Notes under the pieces: model-generated
The model's input: the letters and a program-made list of their open reading frames with translations, nothing else
What the model was told of the DNA's origin: nothing
The model's database searches: none
Origin: Ginglymostoma cirratum
Lineage: Eukaryota
Direction: 5' to 3'
Length of the DNA: 64,000 bases
NCBI GenBank assembly: GCA_024137785.1
Contig: JAHRHZ010000018.1
Location: 52,211,260-52,275,259, forward strand
Translations under genes and position numbers: made by a program
Part shown: positions 25,464 to 38,099 of the stretch, one piece after another
Layout: each line of letters starts with the position of its first letter
Numbering within the stretch: position 1 is the stretch's first letter

Positions 25464-25630
25464 TGTTCCATATTAATGTACATCTGAAATCTTCACACAA
25501 CAATTCATAAACTGCAGCATAACCACAGCAAAAAAATTCTCATTAGGCTTAAAAAATACATGAAAGTATCAACATAAGAGCATGTTATAGAAACTTGCAC
25601 TAAATAGCTAAGACAGTAGAACACATGTCA

Positions 25631-25664
25631 TTTCTGATGAAGGGTCTAGGCCCGAAACGTCAAG
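25631..25664 (+). ncRNA. Minimal type I hammerhead ribozyme motif (family A)
   Basis: ttt-CTGATGA-a-GGGTCTAGGCCC-GAAA-CG-TC-aag; predicted GUC cleavage after 25661. Confidence 0.7.
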
Positions 25665-25727
25665 CTTTCCTGCTCCTATGATGCTGCTTGGCCTGCTGTG
25701 TTCATCCAGCTCCACACCTTGTTATCT
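25632..25727 (+). mobile_element. 96-bp PLE terminal-repeat insertion (family A) with a 10-bp TSD
   Basis: CACATGTCAT at 25622-25631 and 25728-25737; body nearly identical to the PLE terminus at 27143-27237. Confidence 0.88.
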
Positions 25728-26142
25728 CACATGTCATGTGTGTTCTGCCTGAAGGTTGCTTTGGCTCATTGTCTGCTTATGCTACATCTTGAACTGTTTT
25801 CTCAATGCTGTTTGTCAATGGTGGTTTGCCACAGTTTTCCACTGTCAGGAGTAGGGTGAGAAAGCAGGGCTCATGTCAATCTCAATCAGAACAGGAATTA
25901 AACACATATCGTTTGCATTATTCTAAACCACATGATAACCATCTAGCCAATTGGGTTAAACATTCCCCCACTCCCCAAATCCCCAGCCGTACCCAGGACC
26001 TCCCCCACAATGTACCCACCGCCATTGGCCACGAGGCCACTGTCAGAGAACCCACTGATGACGTCACATCCGCCACCGCCGGGCACCCCACTTCCGGGAC
26101 AGCAAACGCCGCAACTGCTGAAACCACCGCCTCCATCACCGA

Positions 26143-26889
26143 AACCACGCCCTCGACCGTGTCTCCCACATTTCCCGGAACACATCCCTCACGCCCCGTC
26201 CCCGCAACAATAACCAAAAAAGAATCCCCCTCGTCCTCACATACCACCCCACCAACCTCCGGATCCAACGCATCATCCTCCGACACTTCCGCCATCTGCA
26301 ATCAGACCCCACCACCAAAGACATTTTTCCCTCCCCACCCTTATCTGCCTTCCGGAGGGACCACTCCCTCCGTGACTCCCTTGTCCGCTCCACACTCCCC
26401 TCCAGCCCCACCACACCCGGCACTTTTCCTTGTAACCGCAGGAAGTGCTACAACTGCCCCCACACCTCCTCCCTCACCCCAATCCCAGGCCCCAAGAAGA
26501 CTTTCCACATCAGGCAGAGGTTCACCTGCACATCTGCCAATGTGGTATACTGCATCCGCTGTACCCGTTGTGGCTTCCTCTACATCGGAGAAACCAAGCG
26601 GAGGCTTGGGGACCGCTTTGCAGAACACCTGCGCTCAGTTCGCAACAAACAACTGCACCTCCCAGTCGCGAACCATTTCAACTCCCCCTCCCATTCCTCA
26701 GATGACATGTCCATCCTTGGCCTCCTGCAATGCCACAGTGATGCCACCCGAAGGCTGCAGGAACAGCAAATCATATTCAGCCTGGGAACCCTGCAGCCCA
26801 ATGGCATCAATGTGGATTTCACAAGCTTCAAAATCTCCCCTCCCCCAACCGCATCCCAAAACCAGCCCAGCTCATCTCCACCTCCCTAA
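26143..26889 (+). pseudogene. PLE ORF C-terminal part: RT-EN linker plus GIY-YIG endonuclease, uninterrupted frame but no start
   Basis: NHALDRVSHISRNTSL...RIPLVLTYHP...VVYCIRCTRCGFLYIGETKRRLGDRFAEH...PVANHFN...RRLQEQQIIFSLGTLQPNGINVDF; no stop between 26143 and 26886. Confidence 0.9.
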
Positions 26890-27140
26890 CCTGTTTTTCC
26901 TCTCACCTCAAGCCACACCTCCATCTCCTATCTACTAACATCATCCCGCCCCCTTGACCTGTCCGTCCTCCCTGGACTGACCTATCTCCTCCCTACCCCC
27001 CTACCTACACTCACCTTTCCTGGCTCCATCCCCGCCTCTTCGACTTGTCTGCCTCCTCTCCACCTATCCTCTCCTCTATCCATCCTCTATCCGCCTCCCC
27101 CTCTCTCCCTATTTATTTCAGAACCCTCTTCCCCTCCCCC

Positions 27141-27176
27141 ATTTCTGATGAAGGGTTTAGGCCCGAAACGTCAAGT
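27141..27176 (+). ncRNA. Minimal type I hammerhead ribozyme motif in the PLE terminal repeat
   Basis: attt-CTGATGA-a-GGGTTTAGGCCC-GAAA-CG-TC-aagt; stem I ATTT/AAGT; palindromic ACGT in place of stem III. Confidence 0.72.
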
Positions 27177-27805
27177 TTTCCTGCTCCTATGATGCTGCTT
27201 GACCTGCTGTGTTCATCCAGCCCCATGCTTGTTATCTCGGATTCTCCAGCATCTGCAGTACCTTTTATCTTTAATTAGCAACATGATGGTGTATAAATGT
27301 TAATTACCAAAAGGATCAACTACTATCAAAAAGCAAGCCTTAAATTATAGCAAACCAAGCAAAATATGAAAGACAGGAGGGGTAAATTCCTGTTCTAGAA
27401 CAAAGAGGACAGAAGTGAAATTCTTGAGAATGGTGAACTGTAGACCATCTAAGAAAAATATTAAAAATGAATGGCCAGAGGCACAATGCACTATGCCTGA
27501 GAATTCCTATATGGTGAATGCTAAAATTTGGTACTGCCTAATACCTTTCAGTGCTTAAACTACCTATGAGTTTGAAACAATAGGGATGGTGAGGAAGTAT
27601 TTGCTGGGTTGAACAATAATGCAATTCACTATTAATATACTAGAAAAAGTAGCAGTAAAACCTTTTTAACTGATGGACAAATAAACTTTGATAGACAATA
27701 TATTTCAGCTGGTATTACTTGGTAAGCAATTAAGGGCGCAAAAGGAAGAGCAAACAACATATTTCACTAGAATGTAGAATTTTATTCAATTCACAGTTCC
27801 ATTTC

Positions 27806-30800
27806 TGTGGTACTTGATAAAAGGACGATGCACCTGTTCCTCTTGATTTAGTCTAAGGGGAAATTTGGTTCACAGTGCCAGAGGAATAGCTGCAAGCGAG
27901 TCTTAACAAGAAGAAGCCTTTGTCTTAACAAGATCTAATACATTTTATGACAGCAAATAATTTACATTAGCCAGTGAGATATTGTTACTAAGACTGTTGG
28001 AAAATAGAGATAACACGAGACCCCAAGCTATTCTACTGATTTCCACACCCAAGACTATATGACATCATTAGATTAAGTGGAGCTTAATGCAGATCCTAAT
28101 ATTAACCCTTACAGAAAAACTACCTTGTAAAAAAATCTCCCCTCAGCCTTTTCCCCTTGTTGTTAATATTTATATATTTATGTATAACATTACATTTACC
28201 ACTATCCCATCTCCCCTCCAGTCTCTGATTTCACACATCTAACCAGTCATCAGACTTGAAAGAGTGTTAGGTCTTTAGCATGATGACTTTTGACCTTGAG
28301 TCAGATCATATTGTTAATTCTGATCTTGACTTTCCATCGTCTGCAGAATGTCCTTATTATGATGTTGCTCATTGGGTTTGCCTCAATCAATCATTGATGA
28401 ACAGTTTCTCTGTAAGGGAATAGGTTCCTGTCATTCCTCCATAAACCTCCGTCAGTTGTATGGACAAGGTGTAATTGCTGCTGGTCCACTGCCTCATGAA
28501 TGACCATGTTATTCCTTTTAAACCATGAAGCATGCTGATAGTTTATTATAATGAATAGCTTTCTGCTCCTAGTGAGACTATTCCTTCTTACAAACATTCT
28601 TATAGTTGGTAGACTCAACTGTGAAGTTGACTATTTGGTTTTCTACCCAGCAGTAATTCTGCTGGTGACAAGTCATGATGGAGTGGGGTGAACTAATAGT
28701 TTAACAAGGCTATTGAAATGTCAACATTTTTCTATAAAAGGAATTCAACTATCTGAACCCCATGCTCAACTTCTCCACTCAGCTGTGGCTATCACAGTGA
28801 GCTTGGTACATGTTCAAGCCCAGGGACTGGCTGCAAACTAGATGTAACTCATAAATAAATCATCTAATATGTGACACAAACTCATCAGGGATTCCATGTG
28901 TAGTGAATATTTCATGCAAAGCCCTGATAACAGCTTCTGATGTGATATATAACTTTTTCACCTCAGTCCAACAAGAATGGGTTTATCATGTAAACAGGTT
29001 CCCATTCATCCCCACAGTCTATTGGGGCTGGGAGTGGGGATCAGTCATTCTGTGCTTAGCCCTATGAATAGTGTAAATTTCACAGTCAGCTATGAGGTCC
29101 TCCAGCTCTTTTGTGATCCCTACACAGACAACCAAAACATGGCATTGCACTGGGTAATCTCCAAAAATCTAGGATATCTTGCCATGCAAGCTGGAATGAC
29201 CAGTCTTTAATCAAACACCAGCAAGTCGTCTGCAATTGTGAAACACTGTTGATGCTCAAAACAGGGCTTAATAACCAACCCAGAGATAGTAAGAACTGCC
29301 CATGCTGGAGTCAGAGATAACACAGTGTGGAGCTGGAGGAACACAGCGGTTGCAGAGAAAGGTGCCGGGGTGGTGGGGCTAGTGGGGAGTGTGGAGCAGA
29401 CGAGGGAGTTGCAGAGGTTAATAACCGATTATTAATAACGAATATTAATAACCAACCCAATGGGCCTATGGTCTGTCAACCTTCAATGCAATATCAATGA
29501 ATGCCAACACATTACCAGTTCTTCTTTTGTTTGATTGAGCACATTTTGGGTTGCTGACCACAGTACCACTATGACCTGAGTATATCATTCAATCTCATTA
29601 ACAAATCCCTCCTCACATGTTGTAAAGCTGTTAACTACCATCTGCAGCTTCACCTACATGCTTTGTTTCCAATGCCTCCCAATGCAAAACTAGAGTCAGA
29701 ATCTCTGTATTCAGGGAGCCAAATTTCCAAACACTTTCTCATCAAAAAGGGAGGCCAATATTTATGGTCCATTTCTATTAGCACTTTCAAGCGAAAGATA
29801 TACTTTGAAATCTTTCACATGCCCATGTGACCAAGAAAGCTGGTTTCTCTGTAATTGTGTAATGTGTCTCCATGTCTGACAATGCTTTGGAGACTTAATT
29901 CATCAGTTTCTAATGTCCATCCCATTGCTCCTGAAAGAGCACTACTCCTATGCCTTGAGCTAGGGCATTTTCAGCTAAGATACTTATTTGGATTGTATGG
30001 GCCAGAATGTCAGCATGTCCTTGATTTTTGGAAAGCATCTTCATGAAATGAGTTCCTGCACCATCCTTGTTGACTCAAGTGTTCAGTTGTAATTGCCTAG
30101 TGAGGCAAAACTTCACCAGCTAGTTTACAATGCCTAGAAATCTTGACAAATCATGAAATGATTTCCAGTTGGAAAACTGCTTAACAGCCTTAATTTTTTG
30201 AGGGTCTGACACAAATCCATTCTTATCAATGACATTTCCTAACAAGTGAATGGATCCCAAATGGCAGTCAATTGAAGCAAAATCATCCAAATGGAATGAT
30301 AAAGATACCATATATTTTTGATTGTTATCTAAAGGCATCTGTATAGTACCATTGGGTGGTGCTCCCTTGCTGTAGCCTCATTGAGCTCTGTTGCATCAAT
30401 GCATATTCTGATAGACCGTAGGATTTGGGTACAGTGACTACATCTGAACACCATTTGGCTGTGTCATGTGGGAATTAATGCCCTTTCTGATCATTTCCTC
30501 AAGTTGCTTCTGAACTTGATTCTAGAGAGAATGTTTCTGGATGCACAGAGACAAAGTTTAGCATCCTTCTTCAATGTGAAGCCATACTCAGCACTGCATT
30601 TCCCTCATTCTGTAAAGAATTTAGGCCAACTTTTCTTAAAAGCACTTTTATTCCTGCACTGTTCAACATTTTCACCTTTGAAGAAAACGGAAGGAAAAAT
30701 CTGCAATCTTGCTCAAGAGTGAGGTTTCTTCATTTTGAATTATGCATACATTATCCACCATCCGGCACCCTTTGTCCTCCCATGATAAGACAGTCCTTCT

Positions 30801-32727
30801 CTTGTCAGGATTTGACTGTTCTTCTTCCTGGTTTCTGCTTCTAGCACAATTTGAATAGTTTTCTCCAAAATCAAATATTCTTTGGACAGTAATAAATCTG
30901 CCAAAGGTCATCAATAAATCCAATATCAATTCTGTCTCTTATGAACGCTGTTTTCAAATCTCCATAACTAAATTTCCACTAATCTTTAGGGATCACATAT
31001 TAAATTTTTTATGGATTCCCTTGAATACCGAACTGTTCTGTTAAATCTTGCTTTCTTAAGATTTTTATTCATTTTCAGATTAAAGTAAATAGAATATAAT
31101 ATCTTTTATTGTCATAAGCAAATGTTAAAAGCTTGAAGATCTTCAGAATGTATATGCAACTTTAGTTATGTTTTGGTAATTGCTATTGAATGCAGTGTAT
31201 TTACTTTGCCTGCTTGTGATTTAATATTCAAGCTTCAAGCAGTTCTGTATCTTAAGGACTGTTTTCTCCAAGATGTCTAATTCTATATTCTATTTGGCTC
31301 ATCTCTCATATTTAATTTTGCAGGTAATATTATTTTTTCCACCATAGCTTCCTAATGTAATTATTTATTTTCTCCTTTAAATCTTTAATTTTGCAGTATC
31401 TCAATCTGCAGATGTAATTGCTATTCACGTCTGAAAATAGCAATTTTATTTTCTTTCTCTAAGGAATTTAATTCTGTTAAATAGTAGTTTTGCATCATTG
31501 TATTGCTTACTGGGGGTTTTCCTGGGTTTTTGCAGTCAAAATGGAGATTTCACATCTTCTCATAGTCAAAAATGATTATTTCCCACCCTTCTTGGCCTAA
31601 TAAAAAATGCAGCTTTTTTTCTCCAAATAAAGCCTTGTGCCTGAGGTGTTAATGAATTTTTCATGGCAGAATCACAGTTTAAATTATAGATCACCTGCTC
31701 TAATCACACTCAAAGTTCTTGCAACTACCTTCCTCTGTTAGGCTGTTGGCTTTAGCTTTTAAATGATCACTTTTATGGTCTTAATTTCACTTTGCAACAT
31801 TCCTGCTACTACGACTTCCGTATAAAACACCGATGACCCTTGATTTTCCTACTCTATCTGTTCCTCTTGATATCCATTTACTATGGCAGTAATGTTATTG
31901 ATGAACTGTAAAAACCCCTATTTGTATTTCTAGCCTTCTCAGCCTGTATTTTGTACAAATAATTTAAAGGCTTCCCCCTTGACCAATAGGGATTTTTAAC
32001 TTTACTCATGAGATTTTGATACTTTCGTTTTCTGTCTGAATGGCTGACTGGAAATGCTCCAACAGATCCTCACTTCTTGACGAAATCTATAACTGTCAGG
32101 TATAACTACTCTTTAAGCTCTCTCTACTGCATACTGCTTCTTGTCATATCAGGTCTGAATTAATGTTTTTAGTCTGGAGTGCAGTTTCTCTCTTTTTGGT
32201 TTTTTCATGAGTTCCTGTTGCTTGCTTGTTAGTTAAAGAGCTTGCAACTGCTGATTGCCTGCATGAATACTTCCTAAAGCTAAAATACCCATCAAGTCTG
32301 TAAGGTTGTAAACTCATTTAATCTTATATAATTCCTTCACTTGGGCCTGATGGATTTTTTTCACAGCTGTACCTTCTGGTATTAAGCAATGACTCCCACT
32401 TTTGATGAATGTGTGATAGTTATGGTAAAAGGTTTCTGCCACCATTCGTCTTGCCTTGACTGAATTTAATATTTGGTTCACAGTAGGCAAGAATAATCAT
32501 TGGTGGGAAGATGCTTGCGTCTTCACAAGATTAAGCATTTTTATGATAGCAATTATGTACAAGTTACATTAGCCAATTAGGTATTATTACTATGATCACT
32601 GGGAAAGATAGACCACATACCTGTCTCCTTTAAGATCCAGAGTTATTCTCCGATTTCCCTACCGAAGATTGTATGACATCATTAGACTAGATGGAGCTTA
32701 ATTCAGTCATCAACATTAACTTTTTCA
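27806..32727 (-). mobile_element. Decayed Gypsy-type LTR retrotransposon with two diverged LTRs (~27806-28113 and ~32412-32727)
   Basis: The LTRs share tttggttcacagt, ttacattagcca and tatgacatcattaga...tggagcttaat. Internal RT/RNase H remnant LLGNVIDKNGFVSDPQKIKAVKQF...LSRFLGIVN lies within the ORF at 30120-30338. Confidence 0.75.
29283..29444 (-). mobile_element. Short deleted PLE insertion inside the Gypsy element, 15-bp TSD
   Basis: TTAATAACCAACCCA at 29268-29282 and 29445-29459; PLE terminal repeat end joined to a fragment of the PLE linker region. Confidence 0.8.
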
Positions 32728-33227
32728 GGGCCATTAACTTATACAACAATTTCAAAATAATATCTTAAATTCCTGTCCGTTGTCTACGTCTTAAATTTTA
32801 CTTTGGACCAAAGTGTGCAGTGTGAAGTCTGTACATGAATTTGGATACACATAGTGTTCTACATGCCCCAACTTATTAGCTTCCTGGGAAAATAAGCTTT
32901 TATAAAGGAAACTTCCATATTTGCTTTAACGTGCTTACCAACATAAAGGAAGGTCTAATGAGTAGTTTTTGACAATTAAGTAAAGCTATCAATCAAAAAA
33001 TAGCTTTCAAATATTCATAGGTTCCCTAACAAGTCAGCAGCAAAACAATTCATAATTAGGATATACTTAGACTGAGTGAATCGTATTTGCAGAACCTTTA
33101 ATTAAACAAAGCAAGACCATTTGCTGATCTAAGCAATTGATGACCTGATAAAAATCAAGTACTTTCATCACTTGGCTGGAATTGACAACTATTTCCACAT
33201 TTTTCTTCAGGCCTTTGACAACATCAG

Positions 33228-33392
33228 CAACAACACCAACTTGCATTTTATACTGTTCAGAATGTAGTAGAGTGTCCTAAAGAGCTTTACAGGAGCGTGA
33301 TAAAACAATATTTGATGCCTAACCACATGAAGAAATATTAGAAGACCAAAAGTTTGGTCATTGAGGGGGGTTTTAACACACATCTTAAAGCG
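33228..33392 (-). mobile_element. L2-type LINE/SINE 3' tail fragment
   Basis: caacaacaccaacttgcattttata...agctttacaggagc...gaccaaaagtttggtc...ttttaa, the reverse of the L2 3' end type also seen at 62260-62560. Confidence 0.55.
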
Positions 33393-35499
33393 CATATTGA
33401 GTTTGAGAGCCACATTTAGCACAAGATAGGCAAAGTTAGAACACTCTGGAAGAAGACTAAGACAATCTAGTCTGGAACTTGACACTAAACAAAACCAGAC
33501 TACAACACGTACACAAGAAGAAGGTAGATTAACACTCACTTAATGTAACTTTAAGTCAGAGACTTGTATACTTATAATTGCCATGCATAACAATGTTTAG
33601 TATTAATGTATAATGAATAATTTTACTTTGTAGTCTAAGATCATAGGCAGTTCTTTGCCTTTTCTTTGATCATTCTGACATATTACCAAATTCATAGTAT
33701 GGCATCAAACCACACGACAGAAGATAGAACTGTGGGATGCATTGCCTAGGAAATTGTGGCAACAGTGAAGATCATGAAAGAGACCCAAAATTGTCTAGAG
33801 AAGTGAGGTATTTTTAAATTTTTTTTTCAAGGAATTGTTGTTACAGCTTTAAGGCTAGCTAGGAGCTCCAAGGGAAAAAGCCTCAGAGCTCAGCAGCTGC
33901 TGTAAAGGAAACATTCCTGGACAGAAATTTCCGTCAGAGAAACCATCAGAATACTGTTAGCATCAAATATAAAATCAAAAGTCGTGGTGAAACTCGGCAG
34001 GTCTGTCGTCAGCTGTGCAGACAGAAACAAAGTCAATGTTTCGAGTCCAATGATTCTACCTCAGAATTTCTTCATAAGTGCCAAAAAGCCTGTTATAGCC
34101 AGCAGTAGAGGAAACAAGCTTTTAAGAAGACAGTGAGAGCATAAAAATTCACTAATAGCTAAGGGAACAAATCCAAATTGAATACCTATGTAAAGAGGCA
34201 AATTCTCAGACATCCAAAGTAGATTTGATCTCTTCATGGAAGGAACAAAGAATTTTAATTTCCATGTGAAAAACAAGGCTGCAAAGTCAAGTCAAGATTT
34301 CTACAGAGAGTTAATAAATTTCCAAACTATTTGCTCAATGACAAATTTAACAATAGCAATTTAAGATGATTTTTCTGTTTAAAGAACATGATTGCAAAAG
34401 GAAAATAAAATCAATAGTAAAAGTTGCTGTTGTTTTTCAAAGTATCAGTGAAGATAATGACGCCTCTAAAATTTCAATGATTTGAATGACAAATTCAAAG
34501 TTTTATTCAACAAATAAGTAATTTTATCAATTTTATTATATAAAATATGAAAAGATGATAAAGAAATATTTTGCAAGCCTGATCATGTGGTCTTGAATTC
34601 ACTCCAAAATACCTCAGACACAGAAAAAATTGGAGCCAACGATGTCAGAGAAGTTATCTTTGATACAAACAAAACACTTTCAAATCATATTGAAGCCATT
34701 TTGCTAAGTTTCTGCCTATAGACCTTTGGGAAATCCTTCAGACATCTTAAAAAGGAATATTTTCAATTCACCTCTATGAAGAAGCCATACTGTAAAAGAC
34801 AAACTGAAATTTATTGAAATCATCATTTAAAACAGCATAAACTTTCAGAACTTTCAGTTTTAGTACAACAACAATATTCATTACAAAATAAAGATTCGAC
34901 AGCTTTAATCGACAAATATACCAAGGTAACAAAATGAGTGTAGCACAAAGAGATCAAAATCATAATATTCATCTTCCAAATGAAGAAAATAATTAACAAG
35001 TTCAAGGTCCTATCAACAATGAACCAATACAAAAAAAAATTGATACAGGTCTTTCCACCAGAAAAATTCAAATTTTTGATCCATTTGATAGGTCAACAAA
35101 TTAGCATTTGTGGAAAGCACAATTCCTAAGTTTACAAAATGTTTCAGCACTGGAAACCAAATTCAATACAGAATTGGTTAGCACACTTCTCTGTATATGG
35201 GAAAAATGTCAGATCACGTGCTGTAAAGACAACGGATCAGTATGGAACAAATTGAAATTTGACAACTTCATAACTGGTTTTGATCAATAGTTCACTTCAA
35301 AAGCAAATAAGGCACTGGTGAAATCATGCCTCAATAATGCGTATAACCTCCAGGAGTGTCTCTAGACAATACATTCAGGTCATTAATGAAATAATCTGAA
35401 CCATGCAACCAGGAAAATCACAACAACAGCTCATTTGTAACAGCAAAGTTATTAGCTTCTTATACAAATCACTGAACTTCTTAAATCAAAAGAAGAAAT

Positions 35500-36585
35500 C
35501 AAAATACCTTGGAACCTCGAAATCTGAAATGGAAATAGAAAATGGTATAGAGACTCAAGAGGTTTGGCAGCATCTGTGGAGAGAGAAACTGAGTCCAGTA
35601 TGAGACTTCTCCAGACACAATTATTTGGAGCTCCATGGAAGAGTCATGTTGAACTTGAAGTGTTAACTCTATTTCTGTCTATAGATGTTGCCAGACCTGC
35701 GGGATTTTTTTCACTTTCTGTTTTTGTTATGTGTATTCATATCTTTGAACAAAACCTTGAAGAATAGGTTAACACTGCAAGAGAACAAGCTTAACATGAA
35801 AAAGAACAACACATCAATGGACTACTTCATTTTTCCTAGGGGAAGCAAAAGAGGATCTCACTCTAGCATAAGCAATCCAAACTGCAGTGGTTTGGTGCAG
35901 AATCTAAGGAGCTGTTCAAGAAGCAATTTATGCAAAAGTTCAATTGAATGCAAAACATTCTACAAAATATGTTGTCTCCTTAAAGCACAGACAGGGGAAA
36001 CAGACCTCTCATCTGAACAATATACCACATGTGACACACCATCAGCACAAATGCCAAAGCAATCTAATGCTACTGCATCTTGTCCCTGCTGAGGTTCCAA
36101 AAGCCCACATCAGCAAAGACAAAATTGTTCAGCCTTCCACTGACTACTCATTGTAACAAAAATAAGCCACTTCTAGGAGATATGCTATAGTCTGAAAAAC
36201 TAAACAATAAATTAAATCATTCACAAATCGACATGTATATTAATGTAAAAGCAAAATACCATGGAACATGAAAATCTGAAATGAAAATAGAAAATGCTGT
36301 AGAGACTCAGGAGGTCTGGCAGCATCTATTGAGAGAGAAACAGAATTAACATTTCAAGTCCAGCTTCTCCAGAACACAATTATTTGGACCTGTAAAGAAG
36401 AGTCTTATTGGATTTTAAGTGTTAACTCTGTTTCTCTCCACAGATGCTGCCAGACCGATTGCTTCCTTCAGCACTTTCTGTTGTTATTATGTGTATTTGT
36501 GCCTTGGAACAATACCTTAAAGAATAGATTAACAGTACAAGAGAACAACACACATCAATGGATTACTTCATTTTTTCTAGGGAAG
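35500..36585. repeat. Old local duplication (~35500-35845 and ~36250-36585), each copy with an inverted pair of PLE termini plus shared flank
   Basis: Shared acacaattatttgga spacer, aagaatag(g/a)ttaaca and acacatcaatgga(c/t)tacttcattttt...ctaggg. Confidence 0.8.
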
Positions 36586-36901
36586 TTAACAATTGTATCC
36601 AACACGGATACTGGAACAGAAGAATTGTAATCACTTCACAATTCTTACGCAGTCCTGAAGTTACATCACTGTAAATTCTTTCAATCAGATTAATTGAATC
36701 TCTGATCTAATGGAAGCCAGCAGAGAACAAACAAAATCACCAACTTTAGCTCACGTATTTCAATAGCAGGTCATAGACTTTCCTAATCTACCTACTAAAA
36801 CAAAAGCATCAAGTCTAAGACTTGGGGAGAGTTAGGAGAGATAAGGAAAAATATATGGAAAATTTAAAAAATTACATAACTCAGTTGAGAAACTATACGA
36901 C

Positions 36902-37990
36902 TGTTAAGCAATGTTTATGACAGGGAAAGATGATTGTCCATGGGTGTTGTGTAACAATATCAGGACCCTGGAGCAACCTTGCAATGATCCCACTGAGTAT
37001 AAATGCCACAGAGTGGGTAGGGTTAGAACTTTCTGAAAGAAGGCTTCCACAGTCTCGTATGGAACTCAGTACAAGATCAGACTCTAACATGGGGATGAAT
37101 GCATGAAGAAGATAGATTATGTAATGTGACAATAAGTCAACGTTTGTTATGTCTAATGATTCCCAAGTATAGCAGCATTTAGTATTAACACATAACAAAT
37201 ATTGTTGTGTTGTCAAGCAACCATGGACTCAAAATTGGACATTCTAATTTGATGCACAGCCAGAGAAATCAGGCCTGACCAAAAACTGACCAAACGATAT
37301 CAAACTGCAGCCAGCAGCTATCGGCTACAGAGAATGAAGGAATTCAAGATCAAAGAGGTTACAAAAGTTGAAGGAAAACCAATTACAATCAGCCTGAGGG
37401 TTATGTATTGGAGAAGTGTCAATCAGATGTTATGGCACCTTTACTATCTGTGTATGTACACTTTACATCTCTCCGCATAGCAACACCATTGGATGATTTG
37501 AACCCAGTTCATGACCCCATTGGCCACAAAACATTTCGAAGGGCCTGTGTAAGGTGGGGGGATTGGGGAAATCAATGAAGACTCAGTGAACACTTGCAGG
37601 GAAGACTCACAGCAAGACTCCAGGCGGAAAACCATTCAGCGATTCGAGAAGACCCAGGAGAAAATTTGCCCTGACCTGTGAGACCTATCTTCATGGAGGA
37701 GAGCCAGTCCTTTTTCAAGAGGAAGGATATTTCAACAGCCCAGCTCAAACATGTGGATTGTTGCGAGTTATATCTTTTCTCAGATGGACAGAGTTAGGTA
37801 CAGACTAAATATTATAGGAATTTGGGAAATACCGAGTTGGTGTTTTTAATGTGGAATGTTTTTGTTAATAAAACTAAGTTGAACCACAAACCAAATTTTG
37901 TGTTCCTTTGTTCTGCCTCACTAACAAGAGCGCTCAGGTAAGGTATTTTTAACACAGAAACTGTTCAAAGGTCCCAATGCACAGACAACA
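36902..37990 (+). mobile_element. Probable 5' LTR of the retrovirus-like element (left boundary uncertain)
   Basis: AATAAA at 37867-37872, ends ...ACAACA at 37990, followed by a PBS-like TGGCATCGTGGATTGG at 37992 and then gag-like sequence. Confidence 0.55.
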
Positions 37991-38099
37991 TTGGCATCGT
38001 GGATTGGCCTTCAATTAGAAGTATTTGTCCAACTTCCAGAGTCAAAACCCACCAACCTTGAACTCTCGGACATCCAGCCTGCGTGTAATTAAGAGGGCA

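Larger units (their letters stand above)
25962..27270 (+). mobile_element. Penelope-like retroelement (Neptune-type), internally deleted, with a 3' terminal repeat
   Basis: Linker Cys motif GTFPCNRRKCYNCP, GIY-YIG domain, pyrimidine-rich 3'UTR, and a hammerhead-bearing terminal repeat at 27141-27270. Confidence 0.92.

Noticed and set aside
25805-26938. 377-aa Thr/Pro/Ser-rich ORF as a novel protein
   Set aside because: Mostly an alternative frame of the C-rich PLE; the meaningful frame is 26143-26889.
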